A stretch of DNA of 63,981 nt, counting the filler, from Ionaspis alba (taxonomy: Eukaryota): assembly GCA_964255285.1 (NCBI GenBank). It is 5 parts of 5 records of this genome, joined end to end, with 100 filler letters (N's around TTAATTAATTAA, not from the genome) between each part and the next. Parts side by side here need not be neighbours in the genome. Positions count along the whole stretch, not along the records: positions 12,946 to 25,788 come from CAXUUL010000492.1; positions 25,889 to 38,642 come from CAXUUL010000493.1; 3 more parts are not named here. One strand, 5' to 3'. The notes beneath the pieces were generated by a model. The model worked only from the letters and a program-made list of their open reading frames with translations. It searched no databases and was not told the DNA's origin. Below are positions 24,653-38,742 of the stretch, in pieces. Position 1 is the first letter of the stretch, and the number at the start of each line of letters is the position of its first letter. A program made the position numbers and the translations under genes.

Positions 24653-25788
24653 CCTGTTAGTGCGTCCTATGGGGTGGGTGAGCTGGTCACACCTGGGGAA
24701 GAGGCTTGTCAAACAATCATAGTGGCTCAAAATCGTTTTGGCTCTAGTCGTCCCGGAAAGGCTGGGGAGCCAAAATCCGCGCCGACCCTTGTTGTCGGCA
24801 TCGTGCAGCATGCAAATACCAGTGCTTCAAGGTTCATTGGTCGAAAATTCCATGTTCCCATATAGATGTCGGTTATGACATCTCTTCGCGGGGACCGTCT
24901 CACAGTAGGCAGAGGTATATTTGGCCACTCTGAATAGATCTGCGCGCAGATACATCAAAGGAGCGTGTGACCCAGATGGTGCTCCAAACCACCAGTCCAG
25001 GAGTGCTTGGCAGCAACATCGGGGTAATGATTCAATTATCTCCAGTCTCATCCAGTCTCTAGAAACGAGGTCGAGATCTCCACAAAGTACGTACCGTTAG
25101 CACAGCATTAATTGTTGGGAAGAGGTTGAGCGAGTGGCAGTCGAATGAGATGAGGTTGTTGATCGCCGCAGAAGGACCGATATTGCTGCCCGCTTTTCCC
25201 CGTGTGGAGAGGTGCGATTTGATCCAGGCTACTCATTCGCCCATAGGCAGGAGGCTAAAGAAGTTTTCTGCTGGGGCTCGGTCCTTTTCTCTCCACACTG
25301 GTCGGTATCGCCAACGGCAATTGAATCGCAATTTTGCGGGGATGGCGGTTGATCACAGCCCTTTATTGACGCATAGTGTCACACGTCGCTTACGGCGCAT
25401 TGGGATCTCGCCGGGTTTTCCGGGGACGAAGGTTAATAATCGGCCGAGAAGGGGTATTGATTCCCCTGCTTTTGCCACTGGGATTATGGCTGCAACGGAA
25501 ATCATTCTGATTAGCCAGAGAATATACTTTGCGTCAATAACGTGGGTCGTCGACGGTGAGATCTGGAGAGCTTAGTATAATTCTATGCAAGATCATGTTT
25601 GCGGCGACTAAACGATGCGACTTGGCGAGGTGAATATATTGAAGCTGAACAACCAGAATGCCATTGGTGGACCAATCGCTATCGTGCCATACCCAGGATC
25701 CCAGGATGAATCTAACTTATTAGCCTGGGTTGAGCTTGCTCGCGCTAAATATCGAAAATGGCTAACAGATTCCTGCGTAATCTTAGAG

Positions 25789-25888
25789 NNNNNNNNNNNN
25801 NNNNNNNNNNNNNNNNNNNNNNNNNNNNNNNNTTAATTAATTAANNNNNNNNNNNNNNNNNNNNNNNNNNNNNNNNNNNNNNNNNNNN
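25789..25888. other. Artificial scaffold spacer
   Basis: 44N+TTAATTAATTAA+44N. Confidence 0.97.
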
Positions 25889-28800
25889 TAGACTCTACTC
25901 AAGTTCTCATTGGGCCTGGGATCGAGGCGACCAAGAAACAGCTTGACGATAATGATTCCTCGAAGAACTATCACATCATTGATCGAATCAACATGGACTT
26001 CGTGCTTGAGACTTCGATCATACCCAAAGCTTCAGATCTCACGAAGACAAGAATATCAGGTCATCTTCCCGTCCTACATGCTTCTATATCGGATGCAAAA
26101 TATAAGAATCTAATGAGGCTCATCGATATTGCTATTCCAAACTTCGACACTGACGAGCCGGTTGAAGAGAAGACGACCGCACCTGCGAAGAAGAACCCAT
26201 CCAGGCAACCTAGGAAGTCGTTCAGCGCAGACAAAACCAAGGACATTGATGGTCGACCACGTTCGAAATCAATCGCAGAACAGGAGAAGTCAGGAGAGCT
26301 TGTCGTCGATGAAGATACGGACGATGAGAAGCAGAACAAGGACGCAGGCTCCAAATCTCCCAAGAAAGAGGATATCAACCTCCACCAGCGAAACTTTGAA
26401 TTCAACTTCACGGTCGATCGGCTGCAGGGTTCTCTTTATCGAGCAGACCCGAATGGAGAGAAGCCTGATCAATTGCTCGTAGAGCTTGTAGCAGAGCACT
26501 TCCATCTAGGCTTCTACCTTCGGCCGTTCGACATGGTTGCAGAGGTACTTTTGAAGTCGCTGAGTGTCGATGACCACATTGAGGACAATCCGATGCCGGA
26601 ATTCAAAAAGATCATCTCGAGCCAAGACGTTGATGCGAAAGACAGCAAAGATCTCATCAACCTCAGGTTTGTCAAGGTGAATCCAGGATCGCCCGAGTTT
26701 GTCTCCACTTACGAAAGTATTGCCACAAACCTCGACGTATCGATTTCTACCATCAACCTCGTGGTAACACGCAAGACGCTGCTGACTTTATTGGACTTTG
26801 TTCTCACGACCTTTGCGAGCCCTGACGATGGTGGTCAACAAGCCGCCATTGCAGGTGAGGAGCAGAAGGGCTCTGCGAAGAAGCCGGTACAAAAGCCAGA
26901 AGATGCCAAATCAGCCAAAGACCCTGACAAAATCCGGATTAAAGTCAATCTCAACAGCATTGCTCTGGTTCTCAACAATGATGGTATTCGACTGGCTACC
27001 TTGAGCCTACATACTGCTGATGTTGGGGTATTCTTGACCGGTGGTTCCATGAAGATCGACGCTCGACTTGGCAGTTTGTCCTTGCTAGATGATATCAACC
27101 AAGGTGCCTCCACAGATTCACCCCTGCGTCAACTCATCACCATACAAGGAGATGAGCTTGCAGACTTTCGGTATCAGACGTATGATGCAAAGGCAAAGTC
27201 ATATCCTGGATATGACTCCAAAATTTATCTTCGGTCGGGATCTATCAAGGTTAACTTCCTTGAGGAGCCTTTCCGCAAGATTATCGACTTCCTGGTCAAG
27301 TTTGGAAAGATGCAAGCTATTTTCAATGCAGCGCGACAGGCTGCTGCGAATCAAGCCTCACAGATTCAAGAGAGCGCAAGTAAGATGATCTTTGATGTGC
27401 TGATCAAAACTCCTATCATTGTTTTCCCACGAGTCATGACGGCAGACAAGCCTCGAGATCTCCTAACCGCTTACCTCGGAGAAATCTATGCAAGCAACAA
27501 ATTTGCGATATCTAGAGAGTCGAAAACCGGGGCTTCTGTGAACAAGCTGTCCGCTGGCATCAGAAATATTCGTCTGACATCAGATTTCCATTACGAAGAC
27601 GACAAATCGGAGGAGCTTGAAATGATCGACAAGGTTGACCTGGATTTCAAGATCAAATACGTTGATCACGAAGAGGGGGCAAAGAGGCCCGATCTGGAGA
27701 TCGATGGGACAATGTCTCCGGTCAATCTTCGAATTGCGCAGACCCAATTGAAATTCCTTCTGGAGCTTTCGCAGACGCTCCCAGGTGCGTTCGCGTCTGA
27801 GCCAGAAGAGAATGAAGAGGAAATAATGCAGGAGCTTCCCAAATCGACCGTCGAGCCTGCGAAGAAGGTTACTGATATTGGGACTAAGAAGGGCGATGAG
27901 GTAAAACCATCCACAGATCAGGGTCCAGAATTGAGCACGAACTCCGAGACATGGACGAAGCTTGCCCTGACATTCAAAGCGTCAACGATTGGTCTTGAAT
28001 TGATTCTAGCTAAAGAGGATAAACCGGTTGGTGACCTCGAAGGTGCTAGCTTTTCCAAATTCTCCATCAATGAGACTGATGTCAAACTACGAATGCTGAG
28101 CGATGGGGCTTTAGAGTCCGAGCTCTTGATACACTCCTTCACTGTTATGGATAGTCGAAAGAAAGAGACCAACAAGTTTAGGAAGATCATGTCCTTGATC
28201 AACGACAACGTAAAACAGCAATTCATGGCCAGTGTCTCAATCTCTGGTGGTGAAGAGCGACACATGATAGTGATGCTCACCATCGATAGTCCACGAGTTA
28301 TCTTTGCCCTGGACTATGTGTTCGCATTGACTACATATGCCAATACCGCATTCGCCAAGGATGAGCCTCTCGAGCTGGAAGAGCAAGCTCAGGACGAAGC
28401 TGCTGCTGCTGAGCAGTCTGACAGTGGTGTTAGCTCTCCTAGTGGGGAAGTGGTATCCGCCAAGTCCGAATCGTCACAAAGCTCCGGCGGGATGGGCATG
28501 TCCTTCAGAATAAACATCGAAGATGCGCAGGTCATACTGATAGCCAATCCCACGATCGCCAATTCGGAAGCGATCGTCCTTGGAACTAAACAAGTTCTAC
28601 TCTCCCAACAAAATGCGTCCACGCTGCAAATCACCAAGATTGGCATGTTCTTGTGCAGGATGGACAAGTTCGAGACCAATAGACTTCGGATATTAGATGA
28701 TTTCTCCATCCAGATGTCCATGGACAGTCGGTCTCAAGGCAAACAGTCCTCACTCACAAGCGTGCACATTGACGTTGAGCCTCTTGTTCTCCGTCTTTCG

Positions 28801-31800
28801 CTCAGGGACATATTGCTCGCTCTGCAGATCGTCAACAAAGCTTCAGAGATGACCAGTGATCAGGACAGCAACAAGCTTGAGGATACAGAGCCAAAGAAGA
28901 TCAAAGACGTCAAAGCGGATGCTGCTCAATCCACTAAGCAGAAATCCGCAAAGAAGCCAACCTCGACCGCAGCAAAGAGGACAACCAAATCCAAATCGAC
29001 GAGCAAGCGTGGGGGATCGGACTTGAAGAAACCGCGTCAGTCGACAGTGATGAAGCGAGAAGAAATGAACGCAGAAATCCAGGGAATACGTGTTGTTCTT
29101 ATCGGAGACCTACACGAATTGCCGTTGATCGATTGGAGCGTCAAGAAATTCAACGTCGATGTCCGAGATTGGTCTGCCGCTATGACTGGAGACACAAGCT
29201 TCGATACATATATTAATGTATACAACTTCTCCAAATCAGCATGGGAGCCTTTGATCGAACCCTGGCAGCTAGGCTTCCACGTATCGAAAGAGCAACATCC
29301 TGATCGGCTAGCCGTGGAAGTGTATTCCCACAAGGTCATGGAGCTTACCATTACCTCAGCAACGATTGCGCTTGCTTCTAAGTCAGCACAGTTTCTGTCG
29401 ACCGAGGAGGATGTATTATCGAAGCCAAGGGGCACGGATGCGCCGTACAGAATACGCAATTACACTGGTTTCGATCTCAATATCTGGGCTGCAACTCGCG
29501 AAGAAGATGAAGGATCAGCTGCCAAGCTTACAGATGGAGAGGAGATCCCATGGCGCTTCGAAGATCCAACCACAATGCGTGAAAATCTTAACCCAGCGGG
29601 AGGAAGCACTGGTGTGGTTGGCATCAAGTTAGATGGCAGTGGTTTCGATACCATTGACCGCATACCGGTCAACCGAGAGGGAGAGACGCTCTACAACCTC
29701 AAACCGCGCCAGGATAAGATTCTACACCGCCTTCTGGTTGAAGTCAAGCTTGGAGCGGACAGCGTCAAGTACATCACTTTCCGTTCTCCACTATTGGTGG
29801 AAAACAATACCCAGATACCCATCGAAATTGGTGTCTTCAGTCCGGAAGAGGGCCATCTGCTCAAGATCGAAAAGATCCTACCAGGGGACGCTCGCCCAGC
29901 TCCAGTCGGAGCTGCTTTCAAGCATTCTCTTGTGGTTCGTCCGGATCAAGGCTTCGGGTACACATGGTCCAACGAGCGGCTTTTCTGGCAGGATCTGCTC
30001 AAGAGATCTACGAGAACGATCACCTGTAAAGGCGAAAGTGGCAACCAGTCACCTCCTTTCCATTTTCAGATGAAGGCCAACTACGACAAGAATGATCCTA
30101 TGACAAAGTATGTATGAACAGTTCAAATCCAAACGTTCCGCAACTAACAACTATCTAGGGTATATCCCTTTATGCGAATTCGTCTTTCAGCTCCGATTGA
30201 GCTGCAAAACCTGCTACCCTATGACTTCAAGTATGGTATCCATGACAAGAACACGAAGAAGGACTGGTCGAACTTCCTGAGAAAGGGAGGTGTGAGCCCG
30301 GTGCACGTGGTCGAGCTATCTCATCTACTACTGTTGAATATTGATATGCAAGACACGGTATTCAAGCAGAGCGAATTCGCTATCATCAACTCGAACACCC
30401 AGGAAGATTTCCGTAGAGAATCTGTTTTGGCTGTAAAAGACAACCAAGGCATACAGCTGAACCTGAAGCTGCACTACTAGTAAGTCGAACCTAAATTGAT
30501 CGTGGCACATTATCTGATATTGTATCCTAGCAATCTTCCAGATAGCGGTGGCGCGTTTAAAATCACTGTGTACAGTCCTTACATAGTGCTGAACAAGACC
30601 GGATTGGATATCAACATCCAGAGCAAATCCATGTTTTCTGCTGCCAAATCTGCTGCTGGGCAAGGGGTACGAACAGAGTCGGACAGTGGATCCCGCAAAG
30701 CTCTACCTTACATGTTTTCTTATCCAAACGACGATCGGAAGAACCGAGCGATCCTGAAGATTGGACAGTCGAATTGGAGTAAGCCTCAAAGTTTCGACGC
30801 TATTGGTAGCACATTCGATGCTGTCCTGCCAGCAACCAACTCGAAGTCCGAGATGCATGTTGGCATCTCGGTCGCCGAGGGTGAAGGCAAGTACAAGTTG
30901 ACCAAGGTCGTCAGTGTTACTCCTCGATTCATCATCAAGAACAAGATCCCCGAGGTGATGCAAGTGCGGGAGCCAGGATCTTCGAATATTATGAAGGTTG
31001 AGCAGGGCGAACTTCTTCCCCTACAATTTCTCCGTTCAGTTCCCGAGAAGCAAATCTGTTTGTGCTTTTCAGGAGTGAACAACCAGTGGTCTTCTCCATT
31101 CAACATCTCGAATGTGGGAACTACTCATGTTAAGCTCGCAAAGGCCGGCCAACGCCAGAAACTCATACGAGTCGAGGTCATCATGGAAAATGCAACCATC
31201 TTTCTTCATTTGAGTATCGAGACCAAGCACTGGCCTTTCTCGATGCGGAACGAGAGTGATACAGAATTTATGTTCTACCAGACCAATCCTAATGTTGCAG
31301 AAGATGAAGAGGATAAAGGAACAGGATGGCGTCCAATTCGATATCGCTTGCCCGCTCGATCTATCATGCCATATGCATGGGATTATCCCGCGGCGAAGCA
31401 TAAGGAGCTGGTGATTATCGGCAATGGCAAGGAGAGACACGTCAAATTGGCAGAGATCGGCAACCAGATTCCGATGAAGATCCCAGCCGCTCAGGGCAGC
31501 AATCAGCTCAAGATCATTGACATTAATATTGCTGCCGAAGGACCGACGCAGACACTTGTTCTCTCAAACTACAAGCAGTCGAAGAGCTTGTACAAACAAA
31601 GATCAGCATCAGCATCGCAAAGCAGCGTCGCAACAGGTTTCGAGGTCAAGGAAGTCAGCTCGGATGTCACCTTCAAAGCTCAACTTCGTCTGGCTGGCAT
31701 TGGTGTCTCATTGATCAACAAGCATCTCAAGGAGCTCTTGTATCTCACTCTCCGAGAGATCGAGCTGAAGTACAATGATTCACAATTATACCAAACCTTT

Positions 31801-33430
31801 GGATCTACCATCAAGTGGATCCAGATCGACAATCAGCTCTATGGCGGCATCTTCCCTATTCTGTTATACCCCAGCGTGGTTCCAAAGACCGGCAAAGAAA
31901 TGGAAGCGCATCCAATCTTTCACGCCATGGTCACCAGGGTCAAGGATGACTCTTATGGTGTGCTCTACATCAAGTATGCCACATTACTATTGCAACAGAT
32001 GACCTTGGAGATCGACGAAGATTTCATCTTTGCCATGCTGGACTTCAGCAAAGTCCCTGGCGCATCATGGTCTGAAGAACGTGAAGGCAAACTTTGCGAC
32101 GAAGATCTGGACGTTCCAGAACCGCAGCAAGAACAACAAGGCCAGGACATCTACTTCGAGCTTCTCCACCTCCAGCCCATGCAATTAGATCTCTCCTTCG
32201 TGCGAACAGAGCGCATCAACGCCGAAGACACAGTACAATCCTCCAACCCCTTCATGTTCTTCGTCAACGTCATGACAATGTCCATCGGCAACGTCAACGA
32301 CGCTCCCCTCCGCTTCAACGCGCTTATGCTCGAGAACGTCCGCGTCTCCACTCCCGCCCTCATCTCCAACATCAAAACGCATTACACGCAGGAATCGCTC
32401 CGGCAAATCCACATCGTGTTAGGCTCCGCCGACTTCCTCGGCAATCCCGTAGGCCTCTTCAACAACCTCAGTTCAGGTGTCGCCGACATCTTCTACGAGC
32501 CCTACCAAGGCCTCGTCATGACCGACCGCCCACAAGAGCTGGGCATCGGCATCGCCAAAGGCGCGTCCAGCTTCGTCAAGAAATCCGTCTTCGGCTTCTC
32601 CGATAGTATGGCCAAGTTCACTGGCAGCATGTCCAAGGGTCTGGCGGCGGCGACCCTGGATAAGGAGTACCAAGACCAGCGACGGATGTCCAAATCTCGC
32701 AATCGGCCCAAGCACGCGCTTTATGGCGTGACCTCTGGCGGTAATGCCTTTGCTTCGAGCATGGCGAGCGGTATTGGCGGCTTAGCACGACACCCGCTCG
32801 AAGGCGCCGAGAAAGAAGGATTCCAGGGATTTGCCAAGGGTGTAGGAAAGGGCTTCTTGGGTCTTGCCACCAAACCCGTCATCGGAGCATTCGATATGGC
32901 TTCCAGTAAGTTTTTTTCTGCCAAGCTCCCCCCAAAATTCTCTCATACTGACTAAATCCCCCTCTCCCCCAGACATGGCCGAAGGCGTCCGCAACACCAC
33001 CACCGTCTTCGATGCCGAAGGCCTCGATCGCGTGCGCCTCACGCGCTTCATCGGGCTCGACGGGATCGTGCGTCCGTACGCGCAACGCGAAGCACTTGGC
33101 CAATTCTGGCTCAAGACCCTCGACGACGGGAAGCATTTCCATGAAGACTACATTGCGCACCTGGAGCTGCCGGGGAAGGAAATGATGGTGATGATCACGT
33201 ACAACAACATCATGCTTGTGAAGACGAAGAAGCTGAAGACGGAGTGGGAGATTAAGCTCTCAGAGGTACAGACGATTTCGAAGGAGAGGACGGGCGTGAG
33301 TATTACATTGAAGGGGGGGGCGAATGGGCCTTTCTTGCCGGTTGGGGAGGAGGGGGGGAGGAATTGGTTGTATAGGCAGATTGCGGTTGCGGTGAATGCT
33401 TTTAATGAGAGGTTCAATGCGAAGGGGTAG
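25889..33430 (+). CDS. VPS13: Vacuolar protein sorting 13 lipid-transfer protein, 5' partial
   Basis: Open frame from scaffold start; WEPLIEPW, VAB repeats (YRIRNYTG, ITFRSPLLVENNT), WIQIDNQL, GSADFLGNPVGLF, ATG2_C-like and PH-like end; introns 30108..30158, 30480..30530, 32906..32972. Confidence 0.96.
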
Positions 33431-33959
33431 TGCGTGGGAGGTGTGTGGTTGGTATGTTGGAGGTACAGAAGGGTTGAGCGATCAATTTGGGATTCTCTTT
33501 TTTTCGGTTTGAGGAGATGGATGTTGTTGATCGTAGAAGAACGTGTTAGATTGCTGTACAGTTACTTCATTCTAGAATTAGAACGAATGATGAGGAGCAT
33601 TTGTATAACAACACCAGGAGGCTGAAAACCTGCCGACAGTGGCTCTGACATCGTTTCCTCGCGGTAATAACTGCCGCACGCTCAAAACCGGGAAGCATTT
33701 GCCGATGCCCCCCACATCTGATAGAACTAAATATCGAGCTCAACAACTAGCACCACGGACCTCCTACCTTGCACTACCGGTATCCACACTCACCGGCCAC
33801 CGAAGAAACAAGAGCGAATCCTTCTACCAAGTGCTATCACGAGCGTCTGCGATAGATGAGCGGCTTTGACTGATAGTCTCGGCTCGTACCTGGAAGAGGA
33901 AGGCGCGCCAACTGGCCAATGCCAAGGCGTTTCAGCAGGGTGCAGGGTCCGTGCTCCTT

Positions 33960-34059
33960 NNNNNNNNNNNNNNNNNNNNNNNNNNNNNNNNNNNNNNNNN
34001 NNNNNNNNNNNNNNNNNNNNNNNNNNNNNNNNNNNNNNNNNNNNNNNNNNNNNNNNNNN
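33960..34059. other. Intra-scaffold 100-N gap
   Basis: Plain N run without linker. Confidence 0.95.
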
Positions 34060-34157
34060 ATGCCCGTCCAATCAATGCGTGTAATCTGTGCTGCAGCAGA
34101 TCTCTCGTCCTGATGACATCATCATCATAGATGCAACGACTGGATGTAGTCATCGAT

Positions 34158-35491
34158 CTAGAGATTCTTGGGCGCGACACCCAGACGCGGGGAGCCGGTG
34201 TTCTCGAAGACCATGAATTGGGATTTGAGGAAGATGTCGCCGAAGATGGTGATGCCGATGCCGGCGTCAGCTTGGATGCCGCCGAAGCAAGCTGGTTCCA
34301 GTCAGTGACAAAATTCTTCATTTCATGGAAACGAGGTGCTTGGAGTGAGGATAAGAAGACTTACTCTGGCCACTAGCATCAACAGGCGCATAGTCGATGT
34401 ACGAGCCCGGCACCACAGCCTTATACGAGCCAATACCAAGCGTAATGCTAGGAAGCGTAGTGCCGCAAGCATAAGTATAACCACCCTGAGTGCTATCGTA
34501 GCTAGCGCCCGGAACACGCGCATAGTACGCGGTGACGATACGCTGAGGAAGATAGAGCAGCGTGGTTCCGGTGTCCATGATAGCAGTAATAGTCGAAGTG
34601 CGGAACGTGCCACCGCCAACCGCATATCCGTTACCAGTAAACCCCCAGAAACCCCGGCTGCTATCAACAGGGACATAAGTGATGGTACCGGTATGCTTAG
34701 AGTCATCAATGAAGCCGAAATCATAGGAGCCAACAGCGCCCTTCTTAAGATCGGCAGTGAAGAGCGGAGAGGGGAGGGAAGCCTTGGCATTGGAGAAGAA
34801 AGTCTTTTGCTTGACAGGCTTGACCGTATTGATGGGGTCGAAGGCGAGGCCGAGCAGGCCGTCGTTGTTTTGGTCCTGTTGGAACTGGGCTGAGATTTGC
34901 TGGGCGAGCTCGACGGCTTGACCGCTGACGGTGGAGGCGCCTACGGAGACGGTATCCTTGTAGACATCGCCTGAGGCACCGGAGCCGTCACCGTAGGTGA
35001 TGTTCCAGGTGTAGCCGGAGAGGGCCTGCGAGGTGCTAGACTGGGATGGGCTGTAGAAAGAGTGGCCAGCGCGTGAGGAGGCGGCCAGCTCCGAAGAGAA
35101 GACCCAGCTGGGATGTGGTGGTTAGTGAGGTAAGGTGAGGTGAGGTGAGGGGAGTGGGATATGTGTGAGCTGATACTTACAGGTCTGAGGATCCGGTGTC
35201 AAAGTCCAAGTTCAGGGTTTGACCTCCAATGCTGACTGGACAGAGGTAGGAGGAGTCGAACTGCTCGGGATTGGCGGGAACAGTGCCGGGAGATACAGCT
35301 GCAGCTCTGGCGACGTCCGCGGGAGGAGCCTTGCCATACTTCATGTAGGTGTGCATCATGCGGCGCGGTCCTGGAGTGAGGAAGCCGACATTCTTCGGGA
35401 CCTGGGGGACGGAGAATCCAGTCTTGAAGGGGACGGCTGAAGTCAAGGCCAGGAAGGCCGAGGCCGCGGCGAGGGTACTGAAAGTGTGCAT
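34158..35491 (-). CDS. Secreted aspartic protease (A1, aspergillopepsin/penicillopepsin-like)
   Basis: Signal peptide [19 protein letters not shown], catalytic [10 protein letters not shown] and DTGTTLL, C-terminal [17 protein letters not shown]; introns 35108..35180 and 34292..34364. Confidence 0.95.
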
Positions 35492-38400
35492 CTTGATTGC
35501 AAGATGGTCTTAACGATTGTTGGGTAGTTTTGATGATGATGAAGGTGTGGAGGAGAAGTGGAGGTTGATGAGGTTGATCTAGAAGAAGAGGGAGAGGTTG
35601 AAGAGGAAGAAATTAATAAAGAGTGAGAAGAGTAGTGAAGTAGTAGCGAAGACAACTCGCGCGGCTGTTCCTGAGACTTTTGATCTTGCTGCTGCTGCTG
35701 CTGTAGTCCTGACCAATGCTGATGAGATGAGGTGGGCATCATGATGGTCTTATATACAAGACTCATCCTCCTCATTGCGTCCATCTCGGTCAAACACTTC
35801 CCTTTCGGAGGAAAAACCAGGGCGGCGTGCTGGCAGGTCAAAGAATGGTCAGCCCCGCATCCTTGGCGAGATGTTTTTGCTCTGTAAACACCCAGGAGAT
35901 AAGCTGGCAGTTGAGGATGCATCAGGATCGCTAGAGCTGCAGCCAATGGCTCATCGGCGCAAGGATCGGGGGATGATGTACGTGGCGAGTGATCGTGAGA
36001 GAAGCAGTCATGACTTTCCATAGCTGGTCGCCTGCTCCTAGTCTCTGGACTGGTTTGTGGAGCAGGCTTTGTGAGACGGGGTGGTGGTGGCATCGGTCAG
36101 GGCCGTACCTTGATGGAAGGCAACCCCATCCGGGAAGGAGTTTATTAGGATGAGACCATCATCACTGGATTTCACACCAAAGCATGTGTGTGATGAAAGG
36201 TCAAAGAGGTCGTTGGATTGAGATTCGGTGTTTTGCTCGAAGTAGGTGACATTGCCACCTACGGGACACGGACTAGCTAGATATTGCAAACAGGCCAATG
36301 GTTTGGGTCGACGCCTTAAGTCTTCCCAGCAATTATACAAGGCCGGAACTTCCATTTGGACGGACAATAGTGAAAGTCTCATTCGTTCCTCGAGATAATC
36401 TCCTCTGCCCCTGAGCAATCTCTAGACCAAGTTCTGTAGTGCTTTTTGGAGTGGCAAACAAAGGGGAAAGGGGATGAGCGCTCCCTCCCCACAGAAAAGC
36501 GAAAGATAGATAAAGGATCAACGATGTTCGAGATTAGGAAGTAGGACAAACGAAAAAGTGTGCCAGCCTGTGGATTCGAGTGGGTGATGGAGATGCGACG
36601 ATAACCGCCAAATAGTGAGCTTGCTACCGACCTTCCCTCCCACTCAGCGCTGCCTTTGGAGCTGGGATAGACAGTCGGGCTGCAGATGTGCGTAAGGATA
36701 GGGGGGTCTGTCGACGCAGGATGTGGGTGCGGTACGATGTACGATGCGATGCAAGGTAGACATCGGCGGAGCAGCACCTCCGTGGCACCGTCGTTGCGAG
36801 CCATACCGTTATCGTCGTCAATGGCCGCATCCCCCAGCGCTTCTGGAAGGGAGCGAAGACTGGAAGTGGAAGCTTGATAGAAGGGATGAGTGGTTAAGCA
36901 TCGGTAAGCCTTTACGCCACAACCGCCTGCCCACATTGCCTTTCTGCACGAATGACTCTGCGCCGTAAAAGGCAGCCGATAAATGTCGTCAATGGCGTGC
37001 AGGCGCACAAGAACAGGAGGGAGAGGAAAGTCCGAAGTTCCAGTCTGGTGAGTGAGAGCCTGACCCCTCGACCGTGGGATGTTCTACCCCTAATCCTCGT
37101 CGTATCCTACCAGACCAGCTCTTCTTCCTCCTCTATAGGATCATCCTTCGGAGCATTGCGATCTCTCCTCGAATGACAACCATGGTTCGGCACGAACCCG
37201 CCATCCAATCACCATCTCTGCAAGCTTCAATTTAATTTCAGCCCACAAAGACTGTCCTATCACCGGGTCTCACACGGTCCACGCTCAGAAGGACTTCGCC
37301 ACAAGGTACAAGCAAGAACCTACCACCCAGTTCAGCGATCTACAGAATGACGATCCCGTAACCCTACAACTTATCTATTCGAGGAAAATGAAAAGAATAA
37401 TTAGCCAGTCCCTCATATCGGGACGTTGGGTGTGACTAATTTAGAGGGAGCTTTGTCCAATCGAGTCGCATATCAACACGCGCAATTTCATTCTTTGCCT
37501 TCGACTTCATGAACAAATCCATCCAATGATACAGCCATCAACAACGAACGTCCTTCTCTTCCATTTCCTCCACATAACGAAGCGCAACCGCGGTATGCTC
37601 GAAAACTTCTTCTCCGGAGTCTGATTCGTCCGTGTCTCAAGTTTGACCGGAATCTACTTTCCCAATATGGCCACCCCGCCGACGACAATTAAAGGAAGTC
37701 CTCGAAGGGATGCATGTGGGAGCCTTACCCCCTCCTCCTACCTACGACGAAATGCACAGCCTGATTCATCAGTCAATCAGAGCAAGATAAGGGCGCACAA
37801 GACCCATTGCCACTGATTCGGAGGAAAAGGCTACAATCCAGCTGCCCTCTGCTCACAACACACCCACCAGTTCTCAGCTTGTCTCTACCCTCCCTCCATC
37901 TGACGATCACTTACCCCACTGGGTCAACACCGCGAGCGCCGCCAGCTGCCGAGCAATACCTTCCTTTAGCACTATGCATGTGCGGGTACCTCTTTCGTTT
38001 GTTCCTGCAGCACCGAGCTCGTCAAAGATAGTCGTACACGGACCTCGATACTCGCCATGCGAATCACCACCTTTCGTCCGTTGAGCGCCATCTTTTCAGC
38101 CATCTCGGCTACAGAGAAGACGTTGTGCCTTGCAGAGAGGCTGTGGAACAGAGATTCCAAATTAAGGTTCTTGAATGGTCTGCACACATCGAAAGTACAT
38201 GAGACGGAAAAGGCATGACGTAGCGCTCTCTCATCAAGAATGTGGATGATTGAGATTATATCTCGGTCTGGTTCTTTGTAAACAGGCAGTTCTCATGTCA
38301 CCATGACCGGACGCTCGCTCCGCTCTCGCACCTAAAGACCTCGCCTCCGCAAAGCCTTGTGACCTTATGATATTAGCTACACAAAGCAACTGTATCTCGA

Positions 38401-38642
38401 GTTTTGGTGCCTTGCGTTCGGATACTCCTCACGGAGTACTCGCATCTTTACCTGAATACCTACCCTCAGATAAACAGACAACCATATCCAACACCAGTCA
38501 CATCAACCTCACCGTCTCCACTCTACCTTCGCCAAGATAACGGATCTATCCGTTCCTACCCGAGACAACAAACAAAGACCCTGCCTCGGAGGAGGGCCCG
38601 CCGCTAGAGAAGATCAAACGAGTTCTTTCAGGTATACTTACT

Positions 38643-38742
38643 NNNNNNNNNNNNNNNNNNNNNNNNNNNNNNNNNNNNNNNNNNNNTTAATTAATTAANN
38701 NNNNNNNNNNNNNNNNNNNNNNNNNNNNNNNNNNNNNNNNNN
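38643..38742. other. Artificial scaffold spacer
   Basis: 44N+TTAATTAATTAA+44N. Confidence 0.97.

Noticed and set aside
35500..37000. PacC/AreA/CreA-like sites upstream of the aspartic protease
   Set aside because: Biologically plausible, but these 5-6 bp words occur at about background frequency; not supportable from sequence alone.
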